From the NCBI GenBank assembly GCA_011109175.1, contig RDEW01000096.1, forward strand, positions 9,604 to 73,603: a DNA stretch of 64,000 nucleotides, in the 5' to 3' direction. The DNA is from Dicyema japonicum (lineage: Eukaryota > Animalia > Dicyemida). The translations under genes and the position numbers were made by a program. The notes beneath the pieces are model-generated. The model did not search any database. It was not told the origin of the DNA and saw nothing but the letters and a program-made list of their open reading frames with translations. Every line of letters begins with the position of its first letter. Within the stretch, counting starts at the first letter, position 1. This document shows positions 22,935 through 35,850 of this stretch, piece by piece.

Positions 22935-25510
22935 TTACCCGCATGTGCAGCAAAAGAAACAAGGTTAGCTGTCATCCTTTTACATGCTCCCCTGTTCCTA
23001 GTCAAGGCTCTCATGTTGTCCAGGTTGTCGGCATTTTATAGATTTCTTTTGATATTGATCAGGTCTTTTTGCAAAACTATTGGCAGTGTTGTTCTAGGTC
23101 TTCCACGATAGCGGCCTTCTTGACTAACATAGTATGTTTCCATAGATATGTTCGGTGGGGATGTTAATTCCATCCTCAGCACGTGTCCGAAGGGCTTCCA
23201 TCGGGATTCCAGTATTTCTAAGCTGATAGGTCTAGTGCTGCATCTCTTATAAAAAGCATTTTTCGATATTCTCGTAGGCCAAGTAGTTCCTGTTATTTTT
23301 CTCAGCTGACCTCTATGGAACGAGTCTAGTTTTTCCATATCCACTGATGAGGTCGCCCAAGTTCCAGCGTTATATAAAAGTACGGGTTTTATGAATGAGT
23401 CCCATTAACTTTCCGGGTTTTTGGTAGAGGTATTCTTCCTTGAGAGACCAATCGAGAACATTAGTGATCATTTTGGCTAGCTCCTTTGGGGCATGTTTTA
23501 AAAGTTTTTCTGGAATACTATCTGGTCTTGCAAATCTTCCGGTGTTCAGTTTTTTGATTGTTTGAAGAGTTTCCGAAACGGTTATTGGGTGCAATAAAGT
23601 GGATTTGTTATGTTTCGATAGTTTCATTGGGTAACCGGTAAATTCATCGCTGGTAAATTCATCGCTGGTAAATTCATCGCGAGGTAAATTCATCCCAGTT
23701 AAATCAAAGAACCACGTGGGCGGGTTTCTAGATAGAAGAGGTAGAAATTTTGATTTTTTATATTATAGTTAAATTGCGATTTTGGAGATTATTCGGCGAT
23801 AGGAGTCACGTATCCGTGACGGTAGGACCTATGAAAACTGAAGAGAGAGGACCTATTTTTTCACCTCTCTTCAGAAGTTGACGTATGCCTGCCATGTATT
23901 ATTGGCGGGATCAATTTAGTTGTTACAAGCAGACGTTCTCTTTTGCGTTCCCTCCTTGGATTAATTACCAATGACTGTTTTTGCTAGGCTTACCAAAGAT
24001 TGTACGCCTGTGGCTTACAAATAATAAAATAAGACTATTTAAAAGGCATTGCCTATAATTTAGCATTTTAGAAATTAACACAATGTTTTTGTTAATAATT
24101 GTCATAAACTTGTTTTCTAAAAATTATATTATCATAAATATTCACTTAAAGTTTGACCTTTGTTATTAATCAGTAAGATAATCAATAATTTTTCTATCAC
24201 TTTAACCAATACACACACGTGTGGTGCACATCGTTGATTAAAATTTAACACTATTTGGAGAATTGAGGTTTTCAAATTTCTTCTATCTTGGGGATCTGGC
24301 CACGTGACTCATATCGTCAAATTAATCTCCAAAATTACATTTTAATGATAATATAAAAAATCAAAATTTCGATCTCTTCTTTCAAGAACCCACGTGGTCG
24401 CTTGAATTAACCGGCGATGAATTTACCAGCGATGAATTTACTTCGCGATGAAATTACCAGCGATGAATTTACCGGCGATGAATTTACCTCGCGATGAATT
24501 TACCAGCGATGAATTTACCAACGATGAAATTACCGGCGATGAATTTACCTAGAACCGTTTCATTGTGTAGTTAATTTCGCTGTGCCAGTTGAATAGATGA
24601 TCAAAATGAGAAGCTATCATATTAGCTTTGTTAACGTTTCCAATGACAGTACAGCTGAGGTTGTTATGGACAGTGATCTGGGCCAAACTCCTCCCTCCAT
24701 TAAAGAAGCGAATTGCATTGAACATTTTTGGTCCATCTTTATATTTCTTTATTTCGGAAATTTGATTTTCTGCTTCACTTCTGGCTAGGAATTTTTGTAT
24801 TTGTTTGATCTTTGTTAGGACTCTGCCTCTCTGGGTGCGGTGCACTTATATTTTCGGATCGGAGCCTGAGCTCTTTTTGTATTACAGAAAGTCGTCTTAT
24901 ATCCGGACTGATTTGTTTGTGACTGGGTTTGGGGGTTGAACCCAAAACACTAGAGGCTGCTTTTTGTACTGGTAGATTATTCATAACGTAGTCTCTCCGT
25001 GTCGTATCGTACTGAGGCGATACCTTTGCGTTTTCCATGTATTCCACGAATTCTGTTTTGTATTAGCCGAGCGACAACAGGTTTGTGATTGCTGCTAGTT
25101 TAGAGTCTGCAATATGACCTCGAATTTTGCATGAGTGTCTTCTGATATTGCTTGGAGATAATTTAGTCAATTTGGTTGTATATTCGGATTGTGTTGCCTG
25201 ATTTGTCTTTTCTGGTGCCAACCCAAGTGATCTTGTGTATTGGTGAGTGCTTGAAACAAGTATCACATAAGAGTAGGTTGAAGGCCGTGCAAAATTGTAG
25301 TGACTTTCCAGTGAGGTTGCGACGATTCCTTCCGTGTGCTCCAATGCACGTTTCCCTTGGTTTGGTTTTCCAGCCCAATCCAGTCCCCGGCGACAAGAAG
25401 AATGTAAGAAGACGAAAGTAAGTTGTATACATTCGTGAGTAAAGATAAATGCGTCCAGTTCTTCAATATTTGTTGAGACTCGCGCTCCGTTGTGGCATAT
25501 ACATTTATAA
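22935..25510 (-). mobile_element. RTE-clade element, decayed and interrupted by a MITE
   Basis: APE fragments at 25063-25466; C-terminal LDSFHRGQLR..W..FGHVLRM..RGRPRTT. The reading frame rejoins across the MITE (INYTMK-LSKHNK). Confidence 0.85.
23630..24556. mobile_element. non-autonomous Mutator-like element with long inverted ends built from 15-bp tandem repeats
   Basis: Exact 9-bp TSD GTTTCATTG at 23621-23629 and 24557-24565; GG..CC termini; GCGATGAATTTACCA unit ~4x on the left (inverted) and ~9x on the right, followed by ~120 bp of further inverted homology. Confidence 0.92.
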
Positions 25511-25539
25511 TGGAAATGACTGAGTTGATTTTATATCCG

Positions 25540-26720
25540 CATTTGATGTTAAATCTAACAGAATTCGAATTTTATTCAAAAAAAGTTGGTTCCTTGAGAC
25601 TTTTCCTGCCATTTTAGCTTTAACTAATTCTTCGAAACGTGGTTTTTTGTTTGCCAGTACAATTCTGAGATCGTTTTATGGGTTTAGTGTTCTTATTTTT
25701 TATATATAGTAGAGATGAAAATCCCCATTCACATAGACAAGTTGTTGCAAATGGAACCAGAACCTGCTTTTTTGCAAAGGTCGGAAACCCAACTTGCAAA
25801 CCGCACCAAAAAACTTCCACAGAATTTGAGTTGTAAACATTTTCATTGATGCTTGCATTTCAATCAATAAGCTTTCAAAATGAATGTTGATTTCTGTTTT
25901 AATAATTTTATCAAAAGTGAGTTGGATTCAATAGTCATCCAAGGTTGGAAAATTATTGTCTTGAATACGTCGAGTCCACAACAACAGTTTATTCCTGAAG
26001 GCACGTAGATTGTCAGAAGCATTTATAATACTCATCCCTTTAAAGACTCAACTGGTTAAGATTATTGAAAATGTCACTTAAATATGCCAACAAATAACAA
26101 AATTTGGAGATTTAAAACTATCAAGTAGTTAGAGTTTTTAATTAAAAATTGCTCGATTTCAAAACTGAGAATAAAAATCTTGTAAAAACACGACCTCTTG
26201 ACAGCCATCTAACATAGGTATGATACAAGTGAACAGTGGTGTCAATACATAATGCTTTGAACAATCTATGATTCAAAGCCCTTCCACGAATAAAATTTAC
26301 GATTTTGACACACGATTTTAAGACATCTTTTAACTTAATCGGCAGACTTCAATACGAGGTCGATGAAGGATACAGTGAGTAACTGTTGCACCTGGAACAT
26401 GTTTTCTCTAAAGGGCTGCAAACCCCGACCTGTTTCCCAGCATAACTGGAGCACCGTCCGTGCAAATTGACCATATAATTTCCAAGTTTTTCGAAAAAGT
26501 AATTTTTGCAGAGGCTTCCGTTTCGAGAAGTTTGCAAAAAAGAAACTCTTTTGCAAATGAATTTTCTTGTACAAAACGAACAAAGCCAGTTTGACTGCAA
26601 TTATCAGCATCAGTATATTCATCCAACTAGATTGAAATCTTGATGCAAGAATTCTTATGTTCGAAACAACTTGCATATGTGTACAAGTAATCATGATTTT
26701 TAAAATTATTTCTCGCACCC
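25540..26720 (-). mobile_element. hAT (Buster/Charlie-type) transposase pseudogene
   Basis: DEYTD..N.SQ..FVR, CTDGAPVMLG and VPFATTCLCEWGFSSLLYIK. Confidence 0.85.
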
Positions 26721-26792
26721 CTAGAGGAAGCCCTGTCTTAAACCAAAAATATTAATAAATTTCAACTAATAAAGCAAAAATATTAAGGAATT

Positions 26793-28645
26793 TCATTCGT
26801 CGTTCGTTTCACGTAAAGCTATAATAATAAATACATCAACCAGCAGCCTCCAAAAAAATATCATTTATTTTGTTTATAAAAACAATGAGAAATGATTTTG
26901 CAGCGATTAAAAAGTTTTTGCTAAATTGGGATAATAGACAGAGTGAGTAAGTTGTTTGAATATATTCGTCATAGTTGATAAGTACATCCATCAAGAGGTC
27001 ATCGCCAATAGGGGTATATAAATTTTCTATTAAAGCAGCCACACGCTGACTCACATATGACTTAATTTTATTAATCATGTTCTCCGTCAATTCTTCAATG
27101 TTTTTACTACACACTTTATTCTCAATATCCGTAGATATAGTTGTAACACTGTGATGCATAAACAGAATATCCACGCAAATCTACAATAATTATAAACTAA
27201 CCATTTCTATAGACTTTCTGAGAACGTCCTCATCACATGTGTTAGACAACTCTAATTTACCTTCAAACAAATCACACATCTTTGTGAGTTGTTCTCTAAC
27301 AAATTTATGTTGGGACTTTCCAACTTTATATTTATATTCAGTGGTAGTTGTATTTAAATCTAAAAGTCGACAAATCAGTTCGTTTATATCTTTATTTGCT
27401 GATGAAATATCATAGTTCAGTTCACTTAACAACAAGGGGGTAAGTTCTCCAAATATTTTCTTTGTTAATATATTAGCCTTTAGTCTTTGAATGGTATCTT
27501 TGTACTCCTACTGTGAGTTTTAGATTTACTTTTATTATGTTGGTCTGATTTGGTATTGAGTTGGTAGCTACCATAACAGCTTCACATGCATAGGACAGAG
27601 TTGATAGAGTCTGTGAAATACACGAATCTGATGGGGATATTGTAGCTATGAATATGGTTTGTGAGGAACCACCCAAGGATTCCTTTAATACCCTCGTCAG
27701 TTTGCTCTCCCTTATATAAGTAAAAGTCCCAACCTGTAAGGTATATGCACATCCCCCTTTGCTAGTGAATTAATGACTTTTCCCAATACCAGTAAACTTT
27801 GATTAATCCTCCCTGCAGTTAAAACATAAATTACCAATATTCTGTCTTTTCATACTACCAGTCCCAAACAAACCCACACAAAATAGTTTACCAATCGTTT
27901 TCTTATTAAAATTATTACCTCTTCTAATCACAGTCACGTTAAATATAGACTGAGACTAAAAAGTAGTGAATCCTCTACAACCTCATTGGCACGTCTGTTG
28001 GATATCCCTCGATGCATTAAAGAGAGGAAATCGCTCTTACTTTTGACATTAAATTCTCTGAGTCCCTTAGTGATGACTTTTCCCTGAGGTTATGAATAAT
28101 ACTGACTTTGTTATCCTCAAAAAGAGTGACTTTGTTATTATCGGAGAACAAGTCGAATATTTTTTCATTATAAATCTCCATAAATGACACATTAACAGAA
28201 AGTAAGTTCTAATAATACACAATGCCAACATATCTGTTGTTACTACTCAGTAATAATGACATTGTTCGTGGAATAATGCCAGACAGTTTGGCATCATCGA
28301 TTATACCTTCCATTGTAAATGTCTTTCCTGAACCTGTTTGCCCATATCTCAATTATATAGAATGATTATAACGTGAATATCGTACATGAATGACCAGACA
28401 GCATTTTATTTATGGCAGGTTTACCAATTGATGTAAAAATATCCCTCTGACTAGAATTCTCATCAAAGACTCTAGAAAATTTGTATGTCTTCACTGAGGA
28501 TTTGTGGGAAATTTTAAGCATATTCGTATGTGTTGATACACATATACCCGTTTCGGTTGAATTAAGAGGTCTGAATAGTTAATTATAATTTACGATACCT
28601 TATTCTCACAAATGAATCAATATTCTTTTTATTAATATTAGACAT
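26793..28645 (-). CDS. kinesin-5 (BimC/Eg5)-like protein, 11 exons, ~540 aa, degenerate switch I and II
   Basis: Ten GT-AG introns: 28571-28598, 28348-28372, 28209-28229, 28084-28106, 27956-27978, 27813-27834, 27711-27733, 27508-27529, 27181-27201, 26819-26840. They give an open 1623-nt CDS with VRIRP, YGQTGSGKTFTM, GIIPR, SFMEIYNE, INQSLLVLGKVI, HIPYRESKLTR, IATISP and IIKEYKDTIQRLK. Confidence 0.92.
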
Positions 28646-28849
28646 AACACAAAAAAGACAATAAGCGCCAATACGTAATTTTGTGTAATAGTTTTTATTT
28701 ATTTAAATTTAATAGTTTAAATTAAATGAATAAATGTAATAGTTTAATTAAAAATTCAACGTGCTTTCGATTCGGTGGCGTTAAAACTCTCTCGAGTTGG
28801 TAAAAATGTTGAAAGGATAAAGGAGAAGAGTCACTTGCGTTACCTGATG

Positions 28850-30310
28850 GTATGAATATAATTCTTGCCATATCCGAGAGCGTTGTGGCAGCTGACCCAA
28901 AAGAATGGGCGAGGCAGGTAGTCCTGCAGGTACGTAGCAAGCTATCCCGAATGCCCTGGAATGGTTGGCCATACTTGGCTGAGCTCTACAGTAGCAGATT
29001 TAGTACTGCTATATCTGTGAGTGAACTCAAGAAAATGACTGTAGGCAAAGAGGGTACTAGTCTAAAGGGGCGGGGACCAGATGACCACAACCGTCAAAGA
29101 CAGCACGAGCACTAGAGCTGTGATACGTTGCAGCTCAAGCATGTTTATGAGATCTTAGCGCGGAATCTCGCTGCAGCGGCAGATGTCCCACTTGAGGACC
29201 GTAGATTTACCCGCAAGATTCCTCATTGTAAGGTTAACGGAGTAGTGTTAACCTGTATCAATAAGGCTGTGGCTTATGCGGTGGAGACTAAACCAGTATG
29301 GTCACTGGGTGATATCTCCCTAGTGCTGTATACAGCACAGATCACCTATGAGTTATTGACGGACATGCCCAGACCACCCAGTAAATGGAGTTAGTTATGG
29401 TGGTTTTATTAGCTACAAGAAATTTGAGGCTGTAGTGAGACATCTCCCTGATTGGAAAACGACAGGTTTGATAAAGTTTATAATTTCTTTTTAAAAGATG
29501 CACTTCATTACACGAGTCTATGTGTCGTGTATTACAGAAAAGCATCACTAACCCGGAAACCATTCCTGATCGGGCCTGCACCGGGATAACTTATTTGATC
29601 CCAAAGCGGGACAACCCTCAGTCTGCTGCAGATTATCCACCGATGACCTGCATGCCAACCCTGTATAAACTCATGACCAAATTGGTGGTTAATGAGATCA
29701 GGAGCTTTGTAGAAGCAAATGGGATTCACTCCGAGAATCAGTTGGGTACTGTGCGAAATTGTCAGGGGGCAAAAGGGCAGGCTTTGATCAACAAGTGCCT
29801 TTCTGTGTATCACGGAAACTCACTTTTGTCTATGTGGGTGGATGTGAAGAATTTAGTTGTTCATTCTTACCTTGTCGAGTGCCTACACAGTCTGTGTATG
29901 CCTGTGTGGTTCATCAGCTTTGTAGTGGCTGTGATGAATTGGTGGAGTATTCATTGAACTATAATAGGCACCGAATAGGCGAGGTAAAACTAAAGAGGGG
30001 GATCCTTCAGGGGGATAGTATGTCTCCGCTGCTCTTTGTTCTCTGTTTGGAGTCATTGAGTCGCCGCCTCAATGACCGGTTTGAGCGAATACCAGTTCAT
30101 TGTGAGGGGGTTTGTTTCAGTACAAATCACCTTCTTTTTATCGATGACCTAAAGATGTATGCTCGAACAGCCGAGGAGCTCTACTTCATATGGGTCTGTG
30201 CCAGGGAATTCTTTGAGAGTATAGGACTAGATTTGAATTATTCAAAGTCTGCGACTAACACGCAAGTATGTAGCGAGTTAGTAATAGTCATCTGGCTCAT
30301 CCGAAGGATG
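28850..30310 (+). mobile_element. R4/Dong-type non-LTR RT region, decayed
   Basis: GITYLIPK, TCMPTLYK, ENQLGT, RGILQGDSMSPLLF and NHLLFIDDLK. Confidence 0.85.
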
Positions 30311-30419
30311 TGACAAATAGACGCCATCTTGATTCAAGGATATCCAGACTCAATGGTCTTGTATTACATATTTTGTATTATTATTAAGGCACTTTCACGA
30401 AAGCCATAATGTTTATAGC

Positions 30420-32870
30420 CCCGCATGTGCAACACTCAAAGAAACAATATTTATAGTTAGTCTTTTCCATCTTCCTCTGTCGAATGCGAGTGATCTCAAT
30501 TCGTCCAGGTCGTCCCCGTCTTCAGATTTTTTCTCACATGATTTAAGTCTTTGTTTAAGGCTGTCGGAAGTGTCGATCTAGGTCGTCCGCGGAAGAGTTT
30601 TTCGCAACTGCCAAAGTAATCTTCCATCGCTTTGTTAGCGGGTGCGTCCGGTTTCATTCTTAGTACATGCCCAAATAGCCTCCACCGGGCATCTATCACA
30701 TCCTTGCTGATGTACGAACACATACACTTATTGTAAATACCAGTGGTTGATATTCTACGTGGCCAGTCCATTCCAAGTAAGCTTCTTAGTTGCCTTCTAT
30801 GGAACGAATCCAGTTTCAATAGTTCGTTAAAAAAACTTCCCCATGTCCCAGCGTTGTACAGTAGGATCGGTTTCACAAACGCGTTGTAAAGCCTGCACCT
30901 GATGTCAATTCCAAGTCCTTTGGCCCTTAGCCATCCTTTCTTCAGTTTAGCCATTGCCGCATTTGTCAGTGTTTTCCTCCTTAGTACATCTTCAGCGTTT
31001 CCTAGTAGAGAGCCGAGCTTATTATTACGTCTCCATCTTTTATGAGTAATATCGTCTTCTCTTTTGATTTCCGTAATTTCAGTTTTGTTTACATTTACGC
31101 TGAGAAACCATTTCTCAAGCTCCGCAGGTGCATTTTCTAGCAGGTGTTGGAGTGCGGTCACATCCCGTGATACAAAATCCACATCATCCGCATAAGATGT
31201 CTCTTCTATGTCTCCTATATAGCATTTACGGAGGTCGCGGAGTGCAGATTCAAGGTATATGGTGAATAGTAAAGGGGAGAGGGAATCACCCTGGGGTGTC
31301 CCAATCGTTGTTTTGAAACTGCGGGAAGTTGCTCCTTGTGTCCTCACAGATAGTCTTGTATTTGCAAGTAGTAGTCTGATTATCCTAACCGACGATTCAT
31401 CCAATATTTGCTCAAGCACATTCATCAGTTTCTGTCTGTTTATTGAGTCGAAAGCTCTGGAGAGATCTACTCCCAACACGGTCGCGAGAGATCTACTCCA
31501 ATCTTTGGTGCGTTGCGCAGCGCCATCTGTGGCTCCATACAATGTCTGCCGTAGACCTCCCTTCTCGGAACCCACTTTGACTTTCTGGTAGGTATAGATC
31601 CGCCACACCCTTTATCCGGCTTAGTGCAATGTTTGCCAGCACCTTGCGTATCGATAGTCTGAAGTCTCTGAGTGCCGCCTCCAGATATGTCACAAAAAGT
31701 ACCGGTGACAAGGAATCTCCCTGCGGTACCCCGAACGTTGTCTCGAATAGGACAGACTCCAAATTTCCAAAACGTACACATAGCTGCGTTGTTTCAAGTA
31801 ATAGACGGATCATTCTGACACTGTCCTCGTCAACCAAATTCTCCAAGATATCGAAAAGTCTCCCTCTGTGTATAAAGTCAAAGGCTTTGGACATGTCCAT
31901 GCCAAGGATGCCAGTAGCCCCCTTTGTACTTTTGATGTGTTGCACATAGCCATCGATGTTCCCAGACCACATCAGCTGTAGATCTCCCTGACCTGAATTC
32001 GCTTTGATTGTGAGAGAGAAAGTTCTCAATGTCAGTCCAATCCTATTCAGCACTATAAGTGATAGTGTCTTGCGTATAGTCGTCAATAGTACGATGGGTC
32101 TTAAATTCGTTAAGGGCCCTTAGCTTTGCCCGGTTTTTGTAGTGCAATAGTGTGCCATTACCCACATCAGGGGTGAGTTGTATTGAATGTTTTGTTGTAT
32201 GTCTCAGTTAATAGCTCAGAGATCTCGGTCGGTGCATATTTGAGAAGTTCTGCATTTATGTTGTCAAGGCCAGCAGCTTTATTGTTGTTTAATTTGTCCA
32301 GGGATTTTTTTGTTTCCAGAATCATTATCGAAATACTTAGTTTTCGTGCTTCACCATCGAATTGTTTGATGTTTTCCCCGTGGTTTTAATTGAAGGCCAG
32401 CTGATAATGGCCGATAAAATTTCATTTTTGTTTAACATAGTCTTTCCAAACTGATCATGTGATTTTTGATGACTGCATGTCTCTATGTAGTAGGTGAACA
32501 GTCTTGAACATCTGCGCTCCGTTTTTAAGCTTTTCTATTTTTCTTTAGCCATTCCAACAAGTTTATTTTTTAATTTTTTCTTTTTTATTTTCCTTCGTTC
32601 TTTTTGTTTTATTTTCCTTTATTTCCTTCGTTCTTTTTGTTTATTTTATAGAGGGTTTGGTTCCGCATGACTCTTAGAGTGTGCTCTTTTGCCTGGTCCT
32701 GACAGGTTTCGACCTGCAAACGTAAGTTCCTCTGCAATTTGGATATTTCTTCAATCTCGTGGTCATAGTGTCCGTTGAAATGCTTCGGTTTTACTCTAAC
32801 TGTTGAATGGGCCGCGTACGCATCGATGGTGTCTTGCCACAGCTCCCCAGGTATTTTTTCTTTATTCCAC
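30420..32870 (-). mobile_element. RTE-clade composite of two related RT regions joined near 31655
   Basis: DMSKAFD..QGDSLSP..YLEAALRD, then a second GFREGRST..DLSRAFDS..QGDSLSP..YADD..FGHVLRM. Confidence 0.88.
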
Positions 32871-33009
32871 TGTGATCTTTTCTCTCAATGTATAGCTTAG
32901 ATAATAATAATAACTTTGTCAAAATGTTTAATAACCTTTTCAAATGTTTAATAAAAGCCAAATTAAAAAATTAACTTAAAATTATAATTAATGTATATTA
33001 CCAAATTAA

Positions 33010-34985
33010 TTGAATATTACGGTCATGCAAGTGTATGCCCCAACATCCATTGCCAAGGATGACGAAATTGACCAATTTATTATGAATTTCAAGAGGCACT
33101 AATACCCCAAAAGGACATAACCTACATAATGGGGGATTTCAATTCAAAAGTTGGGTGTATGCCACATACGGATATTGTGGGAAGTTTTGGTTTGGGGAAA
33201 AGAAATGATGCTGGGGATCGACTGGTCCAATTCTGTCAGGAAAATGGATTTCAGATAACTAACACATGGTTCAAACAGCACAAACGACGATTGTACACTT
33301 GGACGTCGCCAAATGGAATGTCTAGGAACCAGATTGATTATATTTTGTGCGCCAAACGTTGGAAAAGCTCTATAACAGCCGTCAAAACATATCCAGGGCA
33401 GATGTGGAACAGACCATCAGCTACTTGTTGCAAAAATTAGGACGAAATTCAGTAACACTTGGAATACCCCCCGAGTAAAGAAATTCGATGTCTCAAACAT
33501 ACCACCAGAATACGCAATGGAAGTTAAGCACAATATTGGATTACTGGATTTGAACGGAAGGATGCCTGATGAATTATGGAATGATATGCAGTTGGTTATC
33601 AGGAAGCTGCAATAAAACATGTCAAATACAAAACGCCGGCCAAGTGCTCTGAGTAGCTCTCTGCCAACACCCTAAACATTGCTGAGGCTCGTAAAGCTGC
33701 TAAAGTCTCTGGGAATATAGACGAGATAAGAAAACTTAACTCTGAATTCAAAAAGGCTGCCAGGAAGGATAAAGAAGACTACTGGAGTTACACTGCAAAA
33801 AAATGGAAGATTACTATAAGAGAGGTCACACTAGGAATGCATATTTACAAAAAAGATTACGAACCCCCTTTACGAAAATGATGGGCAAAATCAAGGACAA
33901 GGATGGTGTTGAATTGCTAGGCCAACAGAACATCCGAAATCGTTGGAGAGAATATACGGAACGGGTATATTCAGAAACTGTGTGCCCACTTATATGTGTT
34001 GATAAGCAACGTCGGGTGAGGGGCATAAAATCCTTGAGGAGGAATGCGTGTGGGCTACACGGCAATTAACGGGGAACAAGGCACCGGGGATTGACAACAT
34101 CTCAAGCGAATTGTTGAAGGCTATACCGGTGACAGCTATCACCAGTCTATATTAAAAAATTTGGGAAACTGGTATTTGGCCACGTGAGTGGAAAAGATCT
34201 ATATTTATACCAATACCGAAAAAAGGGGATAGCAAGGACTGTTCAAACTATCGTACAATAGCCTTAATTCCCCACGTGAGCAAAATACTTCTAATGATAA
34301 TACAACATCGTCTAATGCCAAATGCCGAAATGATTCTACCGGATGTCCAAGCAGGATTCAGGAAGGGACGAGGCACACGTGACCATATAGCAAATGTCCG
34401 TTGGATTATGTTAAAAGCCCATGAATCCCAAAAGAGTGTATACATGTGCTTCATTGACTATCGGAAAGCTTTTGATTTCGTTATTCATGACAAGCTGTGG
34501 TCTGCTTTAAAAGAATTTGGATTCGATGCCCATCTGATATTATCAAATCTCTTTATAAGGATCAAGAAGCTACTGTTAGAACAGTGTATGGAGATACCGA
34601 TTGGTTCAAAATTTGTAAAGGAGTAAGACAAGGATGCTTATTATCTCCTATTCAATATTTATGCCGAAATGATCATGACTAAATTGGATACTGTATCAAA
34701 TAACGGGATTAAAATTGGAGGCAGGAACATCAATAATTTGCGTTATGCTGACGATACAACCTTACTGACTGAAACAGAGGATGGTACAACCATTATGCTG
34801 AGCAATATTACTGGGAAGAGAAGACCTGGCCGACCAAGAACTCGGTGGCTATCCACGGTGGAAGACGTCACGAGATTGCCTATGTCAAAGCTACTCCAAA
34901 TTGCAACGGATCGGGGAGAGTGGAGGAAACTCGTTCATGAGATCTCCAAGGGTCGGACACGACTAAATTGGACAACATAACAAAA
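33010..34985 (+). mobile_element. RTE (BovB-like) element with a 3' internal deletion, decayed
   Basis: QVYAPT, MGDFNSKVG, NQIDYIL, QAGFRKGRGTRD, DYRKAFD, NNLRYADD and GKRRPGRPR. Confidence 0.92.
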
Positions 34986-34987
34986 AA

Positions 34988-35231
34988 TCAATAAAGGTTT
35001 CCAAACGATAAGGAGAGGAACTGATACTGGATCTCAAACAAATAGCAGCACAAATAGAAATTTTTTTCTCTTATGTTTCTGAAAGATTTTTTCGAAGTAA
35101 CTCCTTTTATTGCTCTTCCAAATTTGGATCCCATATAACAATTCACTCCCATAGCTGAGACAAAGGATTGGAGTGGCCATAGTCTGAAGGAACTCGTTCG
35201 TGATCCACGCAGCATGTTCCTCAATTAACAT
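34988..35231 (-). pseudogene. possible OSCP1-like N-terminal fragment
   Basis: ATPILCLSYGSELLYGI resembles the OSCP1 N-terminus TLPLLFLNLGGEMLYIL. It is frameshifted and abuts an RTE 3' end. Confidence 0.25.
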
Positions 35232-35534
35232 TTGTTTCTTTGTTAAATCTATAAATTTTTTATAAAAATATAATTTAAAGATGCTTGGAAGTATCTATTA
35301 GAATGAAATACGGAGCAATTTATCTATTAGGGGCTTTGTAGTCAAGTCGTTTTTTGATTTTTTAATAAAAGTGGGTTTATTTTGGGAAACAAAGGTTATC
35401 TTTTGCAATTTAATTGACACATAACAAGACTAAAATTGAATATTTAAATTTTACAATTTCTAAATTTAAATTATTTATAAAAAAAAATTAACTTTTTTTA
35501 GAAAAACAATTTATTAACATAAAGTAAAGTTGTT

Positions 35535-35850
35535 ATGACAGGTTTCAATTGTGGCCTGCAGACATTGAGCACAAGGAAGGCCTATGCCGTCGCGGAAACG
35601 TAGAGGCAAACCCTGGACCAGCCAGAGTAGTTCAACTCAATATGAATGGAATCAAGAACAAGATACTTTCTTGAACGTATTAGAGAGGGCACCGCATCGA
35701 CATGTTGCTAATTCAAAAATCCAAACTTTCCCCCAAATGCAACACCAATATTCCCGGGATTCATAGTCATTCGTCGTGACAGACCTGAGAACCTTGTGAA
35801 GGCCTCACAGTAATTCGCAACGGAATTCCGTTTGAGGAAATACACTCTGC
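35535..35850 (+). mobile_element. 5' fragment of a second 2A-APE non-LTR element
   Basis: LCRRGNVEANPGP (35582-35620), followed by VVQLNMNGIKNKIL and IQKSKL. Confidence 0.7.

Noticed and set aside
24412-24550. Regular short repeats resembling a CRISPR array, and the DEFTS-repeat ORF at 23370-23693
   Set aside because: Head-to-tail 15-mers with no spacers, forming MITE ends; the ORF is a chance read-through into the RTE frame.
32575-32650. Short local tandem duplications (also 39907-39945 and 48680-48760)
   Set aside because: Ordinary slippage-type duplications in low-complexity sequence.
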